Positions 42,004 to 51,789 of a DNA stretch of 64,000 nucleotides are shown piece by piece. The DNA is from Candidatus Bathyarchaeota archaeon. GTDB lineage: Archaea; Thermoproteota; Bathyarchaeia; Bathyarchaeales; Bathycorpusculaceae. Position 1 is the first letter of the stretch. Each line of letters opens with the position of its first letter. The translations under genes and the position numbers were made by a program. Under the pieces are notes generated by a model that was given only the letters and a program-made list of their open reading frames with translations, was not told the DNA's origin and did no database searches. The stretch lies in NCBI GenBank assembly GCA_963827165.1, contig CAWGZR010000005.1:864001-928000 (forward strand), in the 5' to 3' direction.

Positions 42004-43806
42004 TCAGGATGGTTGTGCTTGCTCTTTTTTCAGAGCTGAAACCCACTCTTTTGCATTCATTAAGCACGGCGCAGTTGGGTGATTTTTGATGTAGGCGTGG
42101 CTGAGCCTTACTGCCATTGGAGGTATAATTCCCGATTTTTCCAGTAAATCGCCGTTTGCGAAGAATCCCCTGGTGGAGCCGTCGTAGAGCACTGAGCCAG
42201 AATGCATGACTATTACTCTTTTTGTATGTTCAGAAACCAGCGTCATATCATGCGTTATCGCTAAAATCGTTGTGCCTGCCTTGTTCAGCTCCTCAAGCAG
42301 GTCCATTATGTCTTCGGACATACGGAAGTCTTGACCCGTGGTGGGTTCGTCGACAATCATGATTTTCGGGTTCATTGCAAGAATAGACGCCACCGTCAAA
42401 CGTCGTTTTTCGCCTGTCCCCAGAAACATTGGGTCCTCATCGATCTTCGCCAGCAATCCTACGCTCTTGAGTGCCTCGTTGACTCTATGATCGATCTCCT
42501 GCTGCGGAACCTTGAGATTCTTCAAGCCGTAAGCGACTTCATCGTAAACTTTACGCATGAAAATCTGGTTGTCAGGATTCTGGAAAACGTATCCGACGTA
42601 ACAGGGGATTTTCTGAATCACTTTTTTGTCACGAAGGTTCAACCCCATGACTTTTGCTTCGCCCCCAAACTTCTTGTATAAACCGCTTATTACCTTAGAA
42701 ATAGTTGATTTGCCTGCCCCGTTTTGACCGATCAACCCTACGAACTCTCCCTTTTTTATGGCGAAAGTTACTCCCCTGAGCGCTTGGGTTCCATCATCAT
42801 AGGAGAATTCGAGGTTTTTGACACTTATTATTTCCTCAGCATCCTTGTCAAGCGGGTCATCTTCAACGCTTTCCGAAAGTTTCTTGTCTTCACATGCTTG
42901 GATCATTTCATCAACGGTGAAGGGAACTCTGCCATTGTAGTTTAAACCCGATTGCCACCCGATCCTTGCAATGTCCGAGGAATATAATCCATTTTCGGCA
43001 AACAGTTTAGGTTGGCAATATACTTCCTCGGTGGTTCCGTATGCAATTGTCTGCCCGTTGTTTATTGCAAGAACTTTATCTGCGTATCTTTGAATTACTT
43101 CTGGGTTGTGTTCCACAACAACTATTGTAATGTCGTATTCACTTCTTATCCTGTCAATCGCCCGAATAATACTGAACTTTCCTTCCGGATCAAGATTAGA
43201 CATAGGCTCATCCAAAACCAAAAGCTCGGGCCTCAAAGCTATGAAAGAAGCAATCGCTGCCCTTTGTTTTTGGCCGCCTGAAAGTTCGCTTGGATGAACG
43301 AGGTCCGCAATAGGCCAAAGAGACCCTAACCCGACTATTTCAAGTGCTTCTTTAGCCCGGTTCTCAATCTCCTTCTGAGGTAGCCCCAGAAGCTCCATTC
43401 CAAACGCGATTTCATGAAGCAGATCCATTCTTAAAAACTGGTTCTCAGGATCTTGAAGCAGCAATCCAACACGGGGGGCTGTCTGTTTTAGGCCAACAAT
43501 ATTTTCGATAACCTTGCCGGTTTTTTCGTCGGTTACCGCTTCGACTTTTGTGAGGGTTTGCCCGAAAAGTTTTATTTCGCCCCTAACGTGCTCACGCTCT
43601 TTTCCTCGGGGGACGGTAAAAACATGCGGTATGACTCCGGTCAATGCGTAGCAAAGCGTGGTTTTGCCGGCTCCGCTTGGACCAATAATTCCGAAGAATT
43701 CGCCCTTCTCAACCTTGAATGATAGACCCTTAAGCGTGAAGGGGTTCTCTACGCCTACGTAAGATCGGTATTTCCACCAAAAATCATTGACTTCCAATAC
43801 CGACAT
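42004..43806 (-). CDS. ECF transporter fused dual ATPase (A-A')
   Basis: Two Walker A motifs (GPSGAGKT, GQNGAGKS), QDPENQ/QNPDNQ, LSGGQKQR and DEP. Confidence 0.93.
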   Translation of the reverse strand: MSVLEVNDFWWKYRSYVGVENPFTLKGLSFKVEKGEFFGIIGPSGAGKTTLCYALTGVIPHVFTVPRGKEREHVRGEIKLFGQTLTKVEAVTDEKTGKVIENIVGLKQTAPRVGLLLQDPENQFLRMDLLHEIAFGMELLGLPQKEIENRAKEALEIVGLGSLWPIADLVHPSELSGGQKQRAAIASFIALRPELLVLDEPMSNLDPEGKFSIIRAIDRIRSEYDITIVVVEHNPEVIQRYADKVLAINNGQTIAYGTTEEVYCQPKLFAENGLYSSDIARIGWQSGLNYNGRVPFTVDEMIQACEDKKLSESVEDDPLDKDAEEIISVKNLEFSYDDGTQALRGVTFAIKKGEFVGLIGQNGAGKSTISKVISGLYKKFGGEAKVMGLNLRDKKVIQKIPCYVGYVFQNPDNQIFMRKVYDEVAYGLKNLKVPQQEIDHRVNEALKSVGLLAKIDEDPMFLGTGEKRRLTVASILAMNPKIMIVDEPTTGQDFRMSEDIMDLLEELNKAGTTILAITHDMTLVSEHTKRVIVMHSGSVLYDGSTRGFFANGDLLEKSGIIPPMAVRLSHAYIKNHPTAPCLMNAKEWVSALKKEQAQPS

Positions 43807-43811
43807 GTTAT

Positions 43812-44879
43812 TTACCTCACGAATAAGGCGGTGATGGAGTGTCCAAGGAAAACCTCGTATATTAAGAATGCTGCTAAAATCACTATTATCGTTAAGTCAA
43901 CATAACTTAATCGTTTTGTCTCCTTGTAATCGGTCATTTTACTTGAAGCTTCAAAACCTCTGGCGTAAAGCGCTACACCCATCTCTGTGGATCGCCTAAT
44001 CATGTTTGCGACCAATGGAATTGAGAGGCGAGCAAGATCCATAACTTTTGTAAAGATGCTTTTCCGAATAACGCCTGATGCACGTGCTGTCTGAGCCATT
44101 CTTATGTCTTGGTAATCAATGAGTATGGCGTTAAGATTTCTAAACATTAGTGCGACGAAGAATGATTTCTTAAATGAAAGTTTCAGTTGCCGTAAGGCTC
44201 CAGCAATCTCCACATCTCTTGTTGTTAAAAGAAACAGAAATGAGGTGTAAATTAGTACTGCATAGCCAAGTGCTTTTGCAAAAGCGACTGTGGCTGCCCA
44301 CTGAGGTAACGAAAACGAGTAACCTGCGCCGATGGAAATTCTAGCCCATGTTGCAGCTGACGAGAAGCTAATTGCGGAAGGCATAATGGTAAACCACCAT
44401 AATAGTAGCCCAGCGACAAGTGACCAACCGATGCTTCGTGTCTTATAGTAGACGAGGCTGAACACGCCTACAAGAACCAAAGTGGATACGCCTATCGGTA
44501 AAAACCCTGGCCACAGGTAAAAAGTCATTTTTGCTCCTGGTTGCGAGCCATTGAAAAAAAGCCAATAGAAGAATTCACCAAAGATTATGGGCACTGCTAA
44601 TACCAGGTAAGAGCCTGCCAAGTACTTGGCTGTTCTCGAGATAATTAAGAGTGAAAATACAAGTCCCAACAACAAAATTAAGCCAATTACGTCTGGTCCG
44701 CCCTTTGACACGGGGATGTCAAACATGTAAAGCGTTAAAACGGACATGACTGCGATCATTAAGAATTTTGTTACAACATGTAATTTTTCAATTGGGGTTC
44801 CTATACGCATAGAAAAAATAAAGGTGCGCACGTACTTTTTGGAAGTACGGCGTGTTTCCGCGTCTGGACTTGCCAACAA
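43812..44879 (-). CDS. ECF transporter transmembrane T component (extended)
   Basis: AQTARA and ALYARGF conserved X-R-X motifs; IEKLHVVTK. Confidence 0.88.
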   Translation of the reverse strand: MLASPDAETRRTSKKYVRTFIFSMRIGTPIEKLHVVTKFLMIAVMSVLTLYMFDIPVSKGGPDVIGLILLLGLVFSLLIISRTAKYLAGSYLVLAVPIIFGEFFYWLFFNGSQPGAKMTFYLWPGFLPIGVSTLVLVGVFSLVYYKTRSIGWSLVAGLLLWWFTIMPSAISFSSAATWARISIGAGYSFSLPQWAATVAFAKALGYAVLIYTSFLFLLTTRDVEIAGALRQLKLSFKKSFFVALMFRNLNAILIDYQDIRMAQTARASGVIRKSIFTKVMDLARLSIPLVANMIRRSTEMGVALYARGFEASSKMTDYKETKRLSYVDLTIIVILAAFLIYEVFLGHSITALFVR

Positions 44880-44917
44880 CTTTCCCCTTTAATCTATATA
44901 TTAAAGAAGAGTGGTTT

Positions 44918-45622
44918 TCAAGTTACCCAGCCGTGGTTGATTAATCCTTGCCTTTCGACAAGATTTGTGAGTCCTTTGACAAGCACTGGCGTTATGATCA
45001 CCATCGCTAGCAAGTCGCCTACGAACCAGCCTCCCCAGTAATACCAGAATAACCCGCTAGGAACTAAACCCATTGCGTTTTGTATTCCGATGCCAAGTTC
45101 TGCGCTGACGACGTTTATTATTACTCCATTGATGAGCACAAACCATACCCATGCGCCCACTCGCTTTGTTTTAACGCCTGCAATCTCTTTTTCAGTTAAG
45201 TCTCTCCACAGTGGATCATATCCTCTGTTTGCTAGCACTCCACGCCAAACGACGAATGCGACCAGCGGCGGAATGAAGTCACTTATAGAATAAGCTAATG
45301 ACGGAACTACGCCTAAGCCAACCATTAATCCTGCTCCAAGGACACAGCCAATGTATGCAGCGCCTATACCCCAGATTCCCCACCACATGGTGAAAACCAA
45401 GAAGAAGGGGTAAACAAAGTAGAACAGTGAGATGCCTGAGTAACTTAGCGGACCAAGCAAAGAGACGCTCAAATACGATAGGATTATAATTGCTGCGATC
45501 TGTACTGCGTAAAGAACATATTGTGTTGTAGAAACAGGTTCTCCTCTGCCCAATTTCAGTGTATAGTTGCTCCAAGGAAATTTTCCTTCAGTTTTGACTA
45601 CTGTATTTTCTCCTTCACTCAA
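44918..45622 (-). CDS. putative ECF substrate-binding S component, MASE1-like
   Basis: About six TM helices; WWGIWGIGAAYIG and WGGWFVGDLLAMVIITP; first gene of the S-T-AA' operon. Confidence 0.7.
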   Translation of the reverse strand: MSEGENTVVKTEGKFPWSNYTLKLGRGEPVSTTQYVLYAVQIAAIIILSYLSVSLLGPLSYSGISLFYFVYPFFLVFTMWWGIWGIGAAYIGCVLGAGLMVGLGVVPSLAYSISDFIPPLVAFVVWRGVLANRGYDPLWRDLTEKEIAGVKTKRVGAWVWFVLINGVIINVVSAELGIGIQNAMGLVPSGLFWYYWGGWFVGDLLAMVIITPVLVKGLTNLVERQGLINHGWVT

Positions 45623-45886
45623 ACGAAATCCCCGCTCCTTTTACTCGGAGGTATCAGTATTTAACTTTTTTCAACAATCTTGCGACTAAAGAAATGCTAG
45701 AATAACCAGAAAAAACGCAACACTTAGCGGTCGAAAACCTGTAAAAAGCCCATTTTAAGGTTTTTTCCACAATTTATTTTTTTAACCCTAACTTTTCAGG
45801 TATCTCAAATCAATAAATTTTGCTTTATTTGGCAGCGCTCCACCAAGTTATCTAGTTTAATTGGCACCCGAGCCGCCCTTTGAAGG

Positions 45887-46710
45887 TCAAGGTTTGTTTT
45901 CAACTATGAGTTTTATTTGGTAGAGGTTTGTCCAATCTTTTCCCGTTACAAAAAGCTTGTCGCCTTGAGGGTCATACGCGATGCCGTTGAGCACGGCGTT
46001 CATGTTTGTTTTGCTTGCCACGGAGGCCGGCAATCCGGTAAGGTCTATCCATGCCTTAACCTGCCCTGTGTCAGGGTTGATTATGGCGATTTTGTTTGTC
46101 ATCCAGACGTTGGCGTAGACGTCGCCGTTGATGTAATCCAACGAGTTAAGCATTGTAACGGATGAGTTTCCGTCGTGCACTTGGATTTCTCCTACGCGTT
46201 GGAAGGTCGTTGGGTTTAAAAAGTAAAGGTGGTCTGAGCCATCGCTCATAATCAAGTTTGTCCCGTTATAGGTTAAGCCCCAACCTTGAGTGGGGTAAGT
46301 AAAATTTCCTAAAGAGCAAATGTGGTTTTGTTGTAGATGAAGCCTACGTTCGATTGCCAAGTTAGCTGTATTATGGTGTCGTTGACGACAGCTATGCCCT
46401 CGCCGAAGTACTCGATTGGCAACGTGTACTCCTGGACGATTTTGCCAGTTGCTAAGTCAACCTGGCGTAAAGTTGATTGGTAATCAGGGCTGTTTCCGCT
46501 GCCGCTGCTTTCATACATGAAACCGTCTGAGTACCATAGCCCCTCCGTGAAAGAGTTTGTGTCATGAGGGTATGTGTTGAGAATCGAATAAGTGTAATAT
46601 GACGCAGTGGATCCTGTTGAATTATTCTTGTTGTTCAAAAAGATCAGTAGTGAAGCGCCAAGAATAACGGCTGCAATCAATACCACCGATAGGGCTATCC
46701 ACTTCTTCAT
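45887..46710 (-). CDS. glutaminyl-peptide cyclotransferase (plant/bacterial beta-propeller type), with a frameshift at about 46320
   Basis: YPHDTNSFTEGL, YFGEGI, QLTW, GWGLT, MSDGS, YANVW, VLNGIAYD and VTGKDW motifs. Confidence 0.9.
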
Positions 46711-46758
46711 AACGCCCTCACTTTAGCAGTTCCCATTAATATGCAAAACGGAAAAACA

Positions 46759-48021
46759 TCAGTCTTCCGACACTTGCGGTTGCGAACCAAGAACCGGTTG
46801 CGGTAAAGTGGGGCAAGTAGGTATCTGGGCAGATGGTATTTGCTGTTCACCTAAGACACGGGTTTCTTTCGCTATTGGCTCAGGCGCATGCTGCTCCAAC
46901 AGTATTATTGGTTTGTCTGGCAGTCTTCTTTCTTCCAAGGCATTTCGCATGTCTTTAGGCTTGACTGCAAATAGGTTTTTGGCACCCATAATCTGGACGC
47001 ACATGAAGCTTACAAAGAGCGGGAACCAGAATGAAGCGGTCCTTACAATGATCGCTGCGATTCCGCTTGTTCCTGCGTTGATGCCATAGAGGATGAAGAT
47101 GGTTGCCAAGAGAATATCTAGTGAGCCCACTGAGAAGCTGGCTATGGCATCTTGAAACGCAGTGGCGACAAAGTAGACAACGATGTAGAAAACTGGAGAT
47201 GGCGCAGGAATTCCTAGCGCGTAGAATACAAAGACGTAAACTGAAAGCCCTAAAACATAGGCTGCAATGTGAAATACAAAAGGTTTTGCTAAACCTCTCG
47301 GGTTTTCCCGAAACACTCTGAAGCCTTGATAGAAACTGGAAAGTGTCTCTTGGATTTTCTTTTGGTCTTCCGGCGAATTCTTGTTCGGCCGTATGCGGCT
47401 AATGACCTTAAAATACAATTTTCCAAATATTTCTGCGGCGCCTTCGTAAAACGCCAAGAACAACAAAACTGCAAGGTAGGCTGCGGCTCCAACCACCAAA
47501 AGAATGAATAAATTCACAATCATAGGCGGAACATTTGCTTTTGAAAGAACGAATATTGAGCCGGCGGCTAAGCCCGTGGTGACTACGCTGTAGGCAACTA
47601 TTCGGTTAGTCACTGATGAAGCTGCTATAGCGCCATAGTTTTCGTTGGTTTCTTTTTGGACAAGGTAGAGCCGTGTGATTTCGCCACAGACTGTGGCACA
47701 TGGGACGATTAAATCAGCGAAATTACCAACCCAATAGTATAAGTACGATTTTTTGTAGGAAATTTTGATTGACAATTCTCTTAAAATACTGTTCCAAGCT
47801 GCCGACCAACAGAAAACACTTGCTAAAACCGACAAGATCGCGAGTGAGTAGTAGAGTGCGTATTGTGCAGGGTTGATGTTTCTTAAGACAAGCAGGATTT
47901 GGGGTGAGCCGATGAAGAAATATAAGTAAAAAACGAAAACTGCTAAACCTGCAATCATAAATAATAGCGATCTTTTAAAAGACAAGTACTTAGATGCGTA
48001 CAACTGGCTGCTTAACCCCAC
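46759..48021 (-). CDS. lysylphosphatidylglycerol-synthase-TM/UPF0104 flippase-like membrane protein
   Basis: GNFADLIVP...GEITR and RTASFWFP motifs; about eight TM helices. Confidence 0.8.
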   Translation of the reverse strand: MGLSSQLYASKYLSFKRSLLFMIAGLAVFVFYLYFFIGSPQILLVLRNINPAQYALYYSLAILSVLASVFCWSAAWNSILRELSIKISYKKSYLYYWVGNFADLIVPCATVCGEITRLYLVQKETNENYGAIAASSVTNRIVAYSVVTTGLAAGSIFVLSKANVPPMIVNLFILLVVGAAAYLAVLLFLAFYEGAAEIFGKLYFKVISRIRPNKNSPEDQKKIQETLSSFYQGFRVFRENPRGLAKPFVFHIAAYVLGLSVYVFVFYALGIPAPSPVFYIVVYFVATAFQDAIASFSVGSLDILLATIFILYGINAGTSGIAAIIVRTASFWFPLFVSFMCVQIMGAKNLFAVKPKDMRNALEERRLPDKPIILLEQHAPEPIAKETRVLGEQQIPSAQIPTCPTLPQPVLGSQPQVSED

Positions 48022-48262
48022 TCACGGCTAAAATGTTTGCTTAATGCAATAGGTAGTATGGTTGTACTGTTGTCCCTTACTGGTTTAAGTAACTTACGCT
48101 TGGCTTTTTCGCCAGTTGCAGCGCTTTTTTGAGCAAGATTAATGGGAATTATTCTCTGCGACCGCAATATTTTGGCAATCCCCAAGTTCTCCCATTGGCT
48201 TCCAAAAAGAGATGTAAATTGTCTTACTTTAAAAGAGGAGATTTAGGCAATCTCCAAATGTT

Positions 48263-49051
48263 TTAGGTGTTATTTGTGATTATCTGCTGGGGCGTCGAAA
48301 CGGCAAGCTGGGATCCTGATGCGGAGGTCATAGTGAATGAAAATGTGTTTGAATCGATTGAGCCGCTGATGTTTAAATTAAAGGTTTGGCCGTTTCCTGT
48401 GGTCCCTTGAGCGTTCGCAGTAACTTGCGACCCCGAAGTTGTGCCGGCGAAATTGAAGATTGTGTCGCTTCCACCTGTTTGGATTGCTTGCGAAAGACTT
48501 CCAGAAACACTTGTCGGCGTCAAATCCAAGCTAAATTGTATCGTATTTCCAACTTGCTGAACTGGGACATTGATGTTTGCCGTTAACGTTCCCGAATATG
48601 ATGTTCCGTCGCTTTGCATTGAGACGTCAAATTGTCCGGTTCCGCCATAGCTTGCTGTCACGTTGTTTGGAGGCTGATTGTTATTGGTTATATTTGGACC
48701 TTGGTTTTGATTATTGTTATTGTTTTGGTTATTGCTGTTGTTTTGGTCGTTGGAGTTGTTATTGTTTGGATCGTTAGTGGTTGGATTATTGTTGTAATTA
48801 TTTTGATTATTGTTGTTCTGGTTGTTGTTATTATTGTTGTTATTGTTTTGATTATTGTTGTTTTGGTCGCCGCTGTTGTTGCCGTTTAGGGCTCCAAAGC
48901 TAATGTGGAGTTTCTCCAGTTCCGGTGCAACAACTGTGAAGCTTAGGTATCCCCCAAGTATCATCCCGACGAAAACACACAATAACGCGATGCCGACAAC
49001 TTTACCGAGACCCACTGAATGTCCTCTTTTTCTTGGTTTTTCTTCAACCAT
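48263..49051 (-). CDS. membrane-anchored extracellular protein with an Asn/Gln-rich tract and a beta-rich C-terminal domain
   Basis: Basic N-terminus, one TM helix, roughly 70-aa N/Q tract, S/T/G-rich beta domain. Confidence 0.8.
   Translation of the reverse strand: MVEEKPRKRGHSVGLGKVVGIALLCVFVGMILGGYLSFTVVAPELEKLHISFGALNGNNSGDQNNNNQNNNNNNNNNQNNNNQNNYNNNPTTNDPNNNNSNDQNNSNNQNNNNNQNQGPNITNNNQPPNNVTASYGGTGQFDVSMQSDGTSYSGTLTANINVPVQQVGNTIQFSLDLTPTSVSGSLSQAIQTGGSDTIFNFAGTTSGSQVTANAQGTTGNGQTFNLNISGSIDSNTFSFTMTSASGSQLAVSTPQQIITNNT
48668..48885 (-). repeat. AAY/CAR trinucleotide-rich coding tract (poly-Asn with periodic Gln)
   Basis: Encodes NNSGDQNNNNQNNNNNNNNQNNNNQNNYNNNPTTNDPNNNNSNDQNNSNNQNNNNNQNQ. 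Confidence 0.85.
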
Positions 49052-49306
49052 TTAAGTTAACCTTCTTTTCTTTGTTTGTAAACTTAGCTTGTCGGCTTTT
49101 GCGAGTATAAGACTTTCATGAAAGATGTCTTTTCCCAAATTTCTCATCCCAAATCGTTGCTGTAGCCTGCTTGTTGGCAGACGCAATCCGAGACAGAACT
49201 GTTCCTCTTGAACTTAAGTCGTGTGAATTGGTGATTAGAATTTAGGATAAACTGAGTTACTTTTTAATTACTCGACAATACAATATGTCTGCAAAGGCTA
49301 AGCGCC

Positions 49307-50152
49307 GTGGCTAAAATCAAAGGTTTAATCAGGCTGATCCGGCCAATAAACTGTGTAGTTATGAGTTTCGCTGTTCTTGTAGGGGCAAGCCTAGCTGGTT
49401 TTGGCAGCCTTCATTGGTTGAATCTGGTTTATGGCGCAGTAACTGCCTTCACATTATGTGGGGCTTCAATGGCGATCAATGACTACTACGATTTTGATAT
49501 CGATAGAATAAACGAGCCGCAGCGTCCGATCCCAAGCGGCGCAGTATCGTTGCGGGAGGCTTTGGTGTTAACTGGGTTTCTAACAGCTCTAGGTTTGGTT
49601 TCCGCGCTCTTGGTAAGCGCTTATTGTCTTTTGTTTGCTTTTGCCGCGTGGGCAATCATGGTGGCTTATGTAACCGTCGGGAAGCGAAGCGGGTTTGCCG
49701 GCAACTTGCTGGTCAGCGCCTGTGTCGCAGCACCTTTCCTATACGGAAGCTTAGTAGCCGTCAACTTTGTTAGAATCAACATTTTGCTTTTTGCTTCGAT
49801 GGCGTTTCTTTCAAACACAGGTCGAGAAATTGCCAAAGGCGTTGTTGACGTTCAAGGCGACAGCTCACATAAAATCAAAACTCTCGCGGTAATCTTTGGA
49901 GAAAGAAAAGCAGCTTACGCAGCGTCGGCTTTCTTCATTTTGGCCGTAAGCCTCTCACCTCTTCCACTAATTTTCAATTTAGTGTCCCTATGGTTTGTTC
50001 CATTCGTGCTTGTGACTGACTTTGGTTTAGTTTGGTGTTCAGCGCGGTTGATCAGGAATCCTTCGCGGGAAAATGCACGTCAAATAAAGAAAATCGTTCT
50101 TTTCCTATTCGTCTTCGGTTTGCTTTCCTTCATTTTCGGAATGTTCAGATAA
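49307..50152 (+). CDS. digeranylgeranylglyceryl phosphate synthase (UbiA family)
   Basis: LIRPINC, INDYYDFDIDRINEPQRPIPSG and REIAKGVVDVQGD motifs. Confidence 0.9.
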   Translation: MAKIKGLIRLIRPINCVVMSFAVLVGASLAGFGSLHWLNLVYGAVTAFTLCGASMAINDYYDFDIDRINEPQRPIPSGAVSLREALVLTGFLTALGLVSALLVSAYCLLFAFAAWAIMVAYVTVGKRSGFAGNLLVSACVAAPFLYGSLVAVNFVRINILLFASMAFLSNTGREIAKGVVDVQGDSSHKIKTLAVIFGERKAAYAASAFFILAVSLSPLPLIFNLVSLWFVPFVLVTDFGLVWCSARLIRNPSRENARQIKKIVLFLFVFGLLSFIFGMFR

Positions 50153-50207
50153 CCGTCGAGCTGACAACCCTAAATCCCAAAAGATTTTGCTTTAGCCGCT
50201 CGGTTGG

Positions 50208-50851
50208 TCATGAAACTTCCCAAACGTTTGAATTTGAAAGTTGCTTTGTTGTCGTCAACTGTATTTCTGGGTTTGTAAAGAATTCGCTTCGGGTTAGGTG
50301 GTCAAGCATTTCTGTTTGTTTGTCGAAGGTGACGGCGATGTAGTCGTAGCGAACGGTGTTGCCTGTTTGGTCGGCAGTGTCGAGGAACTCGTCTTCAGTT
50401 GCCTAATAGTTTGTTGTTCTAGTTTAATGCGCGTATTGCTGGGTGCTCGTGCTGTTGACGATAAGTCTCCTAGTTTCCTGCGGGTAAAGCGGATCTGGAA
50501 CGTTGAGGTTTGTAGCGTAAAGGTAGTGAACCCGCCGAGTTCAGCGCATGATCCAATGGATAAATCGATCACTTGGGGGTTTGTAGTTTGCGTGCCGTTC
50601 TTGTATTGCTCTACTGTTTCAAGAGTCACTTGGTTGCCTTGGATTGCTGTCCTTCCTCCTGATAGTAGTTTGTACGTTGTATTGCATGAACTCTTGTGGC
50701 CGTAACTGCCCCGTCGCTGCCTAAAACTGTGGAACCGGCCAGCTCGTAAGTGAAAGTGTCGCCCACCAAAAGAGGCTGGTCAGGAGCGGACGTTTGGGTT
50801 TTTGGTGCATTTATGCCCTTGAAATAAACCGAGGTAAATCCTGCCGACCAT
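50208..50851 (-). pseudogene. fragmented secreted hypothetical protein
   Basis: Pieces in different frames: PLLVGDTFTYELAGS, AIQGNQVTLETVEQYKNGTQT and LSNSNVWEVS-stop. Confidence 0.55.
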
Positions 50852-51005
50852 TCGAAGTCACGCTCTCATTCTATGCGAGCCCATGGTGCCTTAAGAAAAT
50901 AAGTTTTGAAGTAAAACAACGGGCATCCCTCTTCTTCAAAGGAAAAAGCCGAGTTTTTAACCTCAAATATATGCTTGCTCCCCTTCGACGATTTTTATGA
51001 CAGTT

Positions 51006-51765
51006 TTAAGAATCTGGTGAAAAAGCCTGTCTGAATTTTTTCTGGGCAGCGTCGTATCCTTGTTTGATGGAGTCGTTCGTTGAGGTTTGAACTGATTCTT
51101 CTTCTCCAGCCTCATTTTTTACTTTCAGTACTTTGTCTGCACAAATTTTTGCCTCTTCTTTTCGACCCATTTTTCCCAGGATTATCCCCTTCGCAATCAA
51201 AGCATTTGTGAAATCAGGTTTCAACCTTAACGCTTCATCAAAGGATTCGAGAGCCCTCACAGAATCACCCGTATTGCTAAACGTAATTCCAATCAAGTAG
51301 TAAATTTTTGGATCGCCAGGCTTTTGTTTGAGTATCTCTTGGTAGCATTTGAGGGCATCTTCAAATTTCTTGAGTTTCTGAAAAATGGCCGCCAGTCTTT
51401 CTTGAAGCTCAAAATCGTTGGGGTCTAACTCAACTGCCTTACCGAGGCATTCAGCAGCCTTTTCTTAGTTTGTTCAATGAAACTAATGTTGCTCCCTTTA
51501 GGCGGTACGCATCTATATAGGTTGGTTTGATCTCGATTATTTTGTCGAAACATTTCATTGCTTCATCGCATTTTCCAAATTTATCCAAAAGGATACCCTT
51601 GAAAACCCAGGCATCAATGTAGTCTTTTTGAAGCGTCAGGGCTTCTTCGGTAGATGTTAAAGCGCTTTCATGTTTGCCAGACGCCTCAAAAGCAACTGCC
51701 ATCTTCAACTTTTTCGAAGCATCTGAGACTGCTGAAGATTCGTTATTTGTTTCTTTTCCGAACAT
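51006..51765 (-). CDS. TPR-repeat protein, with a frameshift at about 51455
   Basis: Several TPR consensus repeats (AWVFKG.LL...G...EA...FDK.I...P); the frame is open from about 51450 to 51006. Confidence 0.85.
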
Positions 51766-51789
51766 ACTTTCATTTCCCCTATAGATAGA

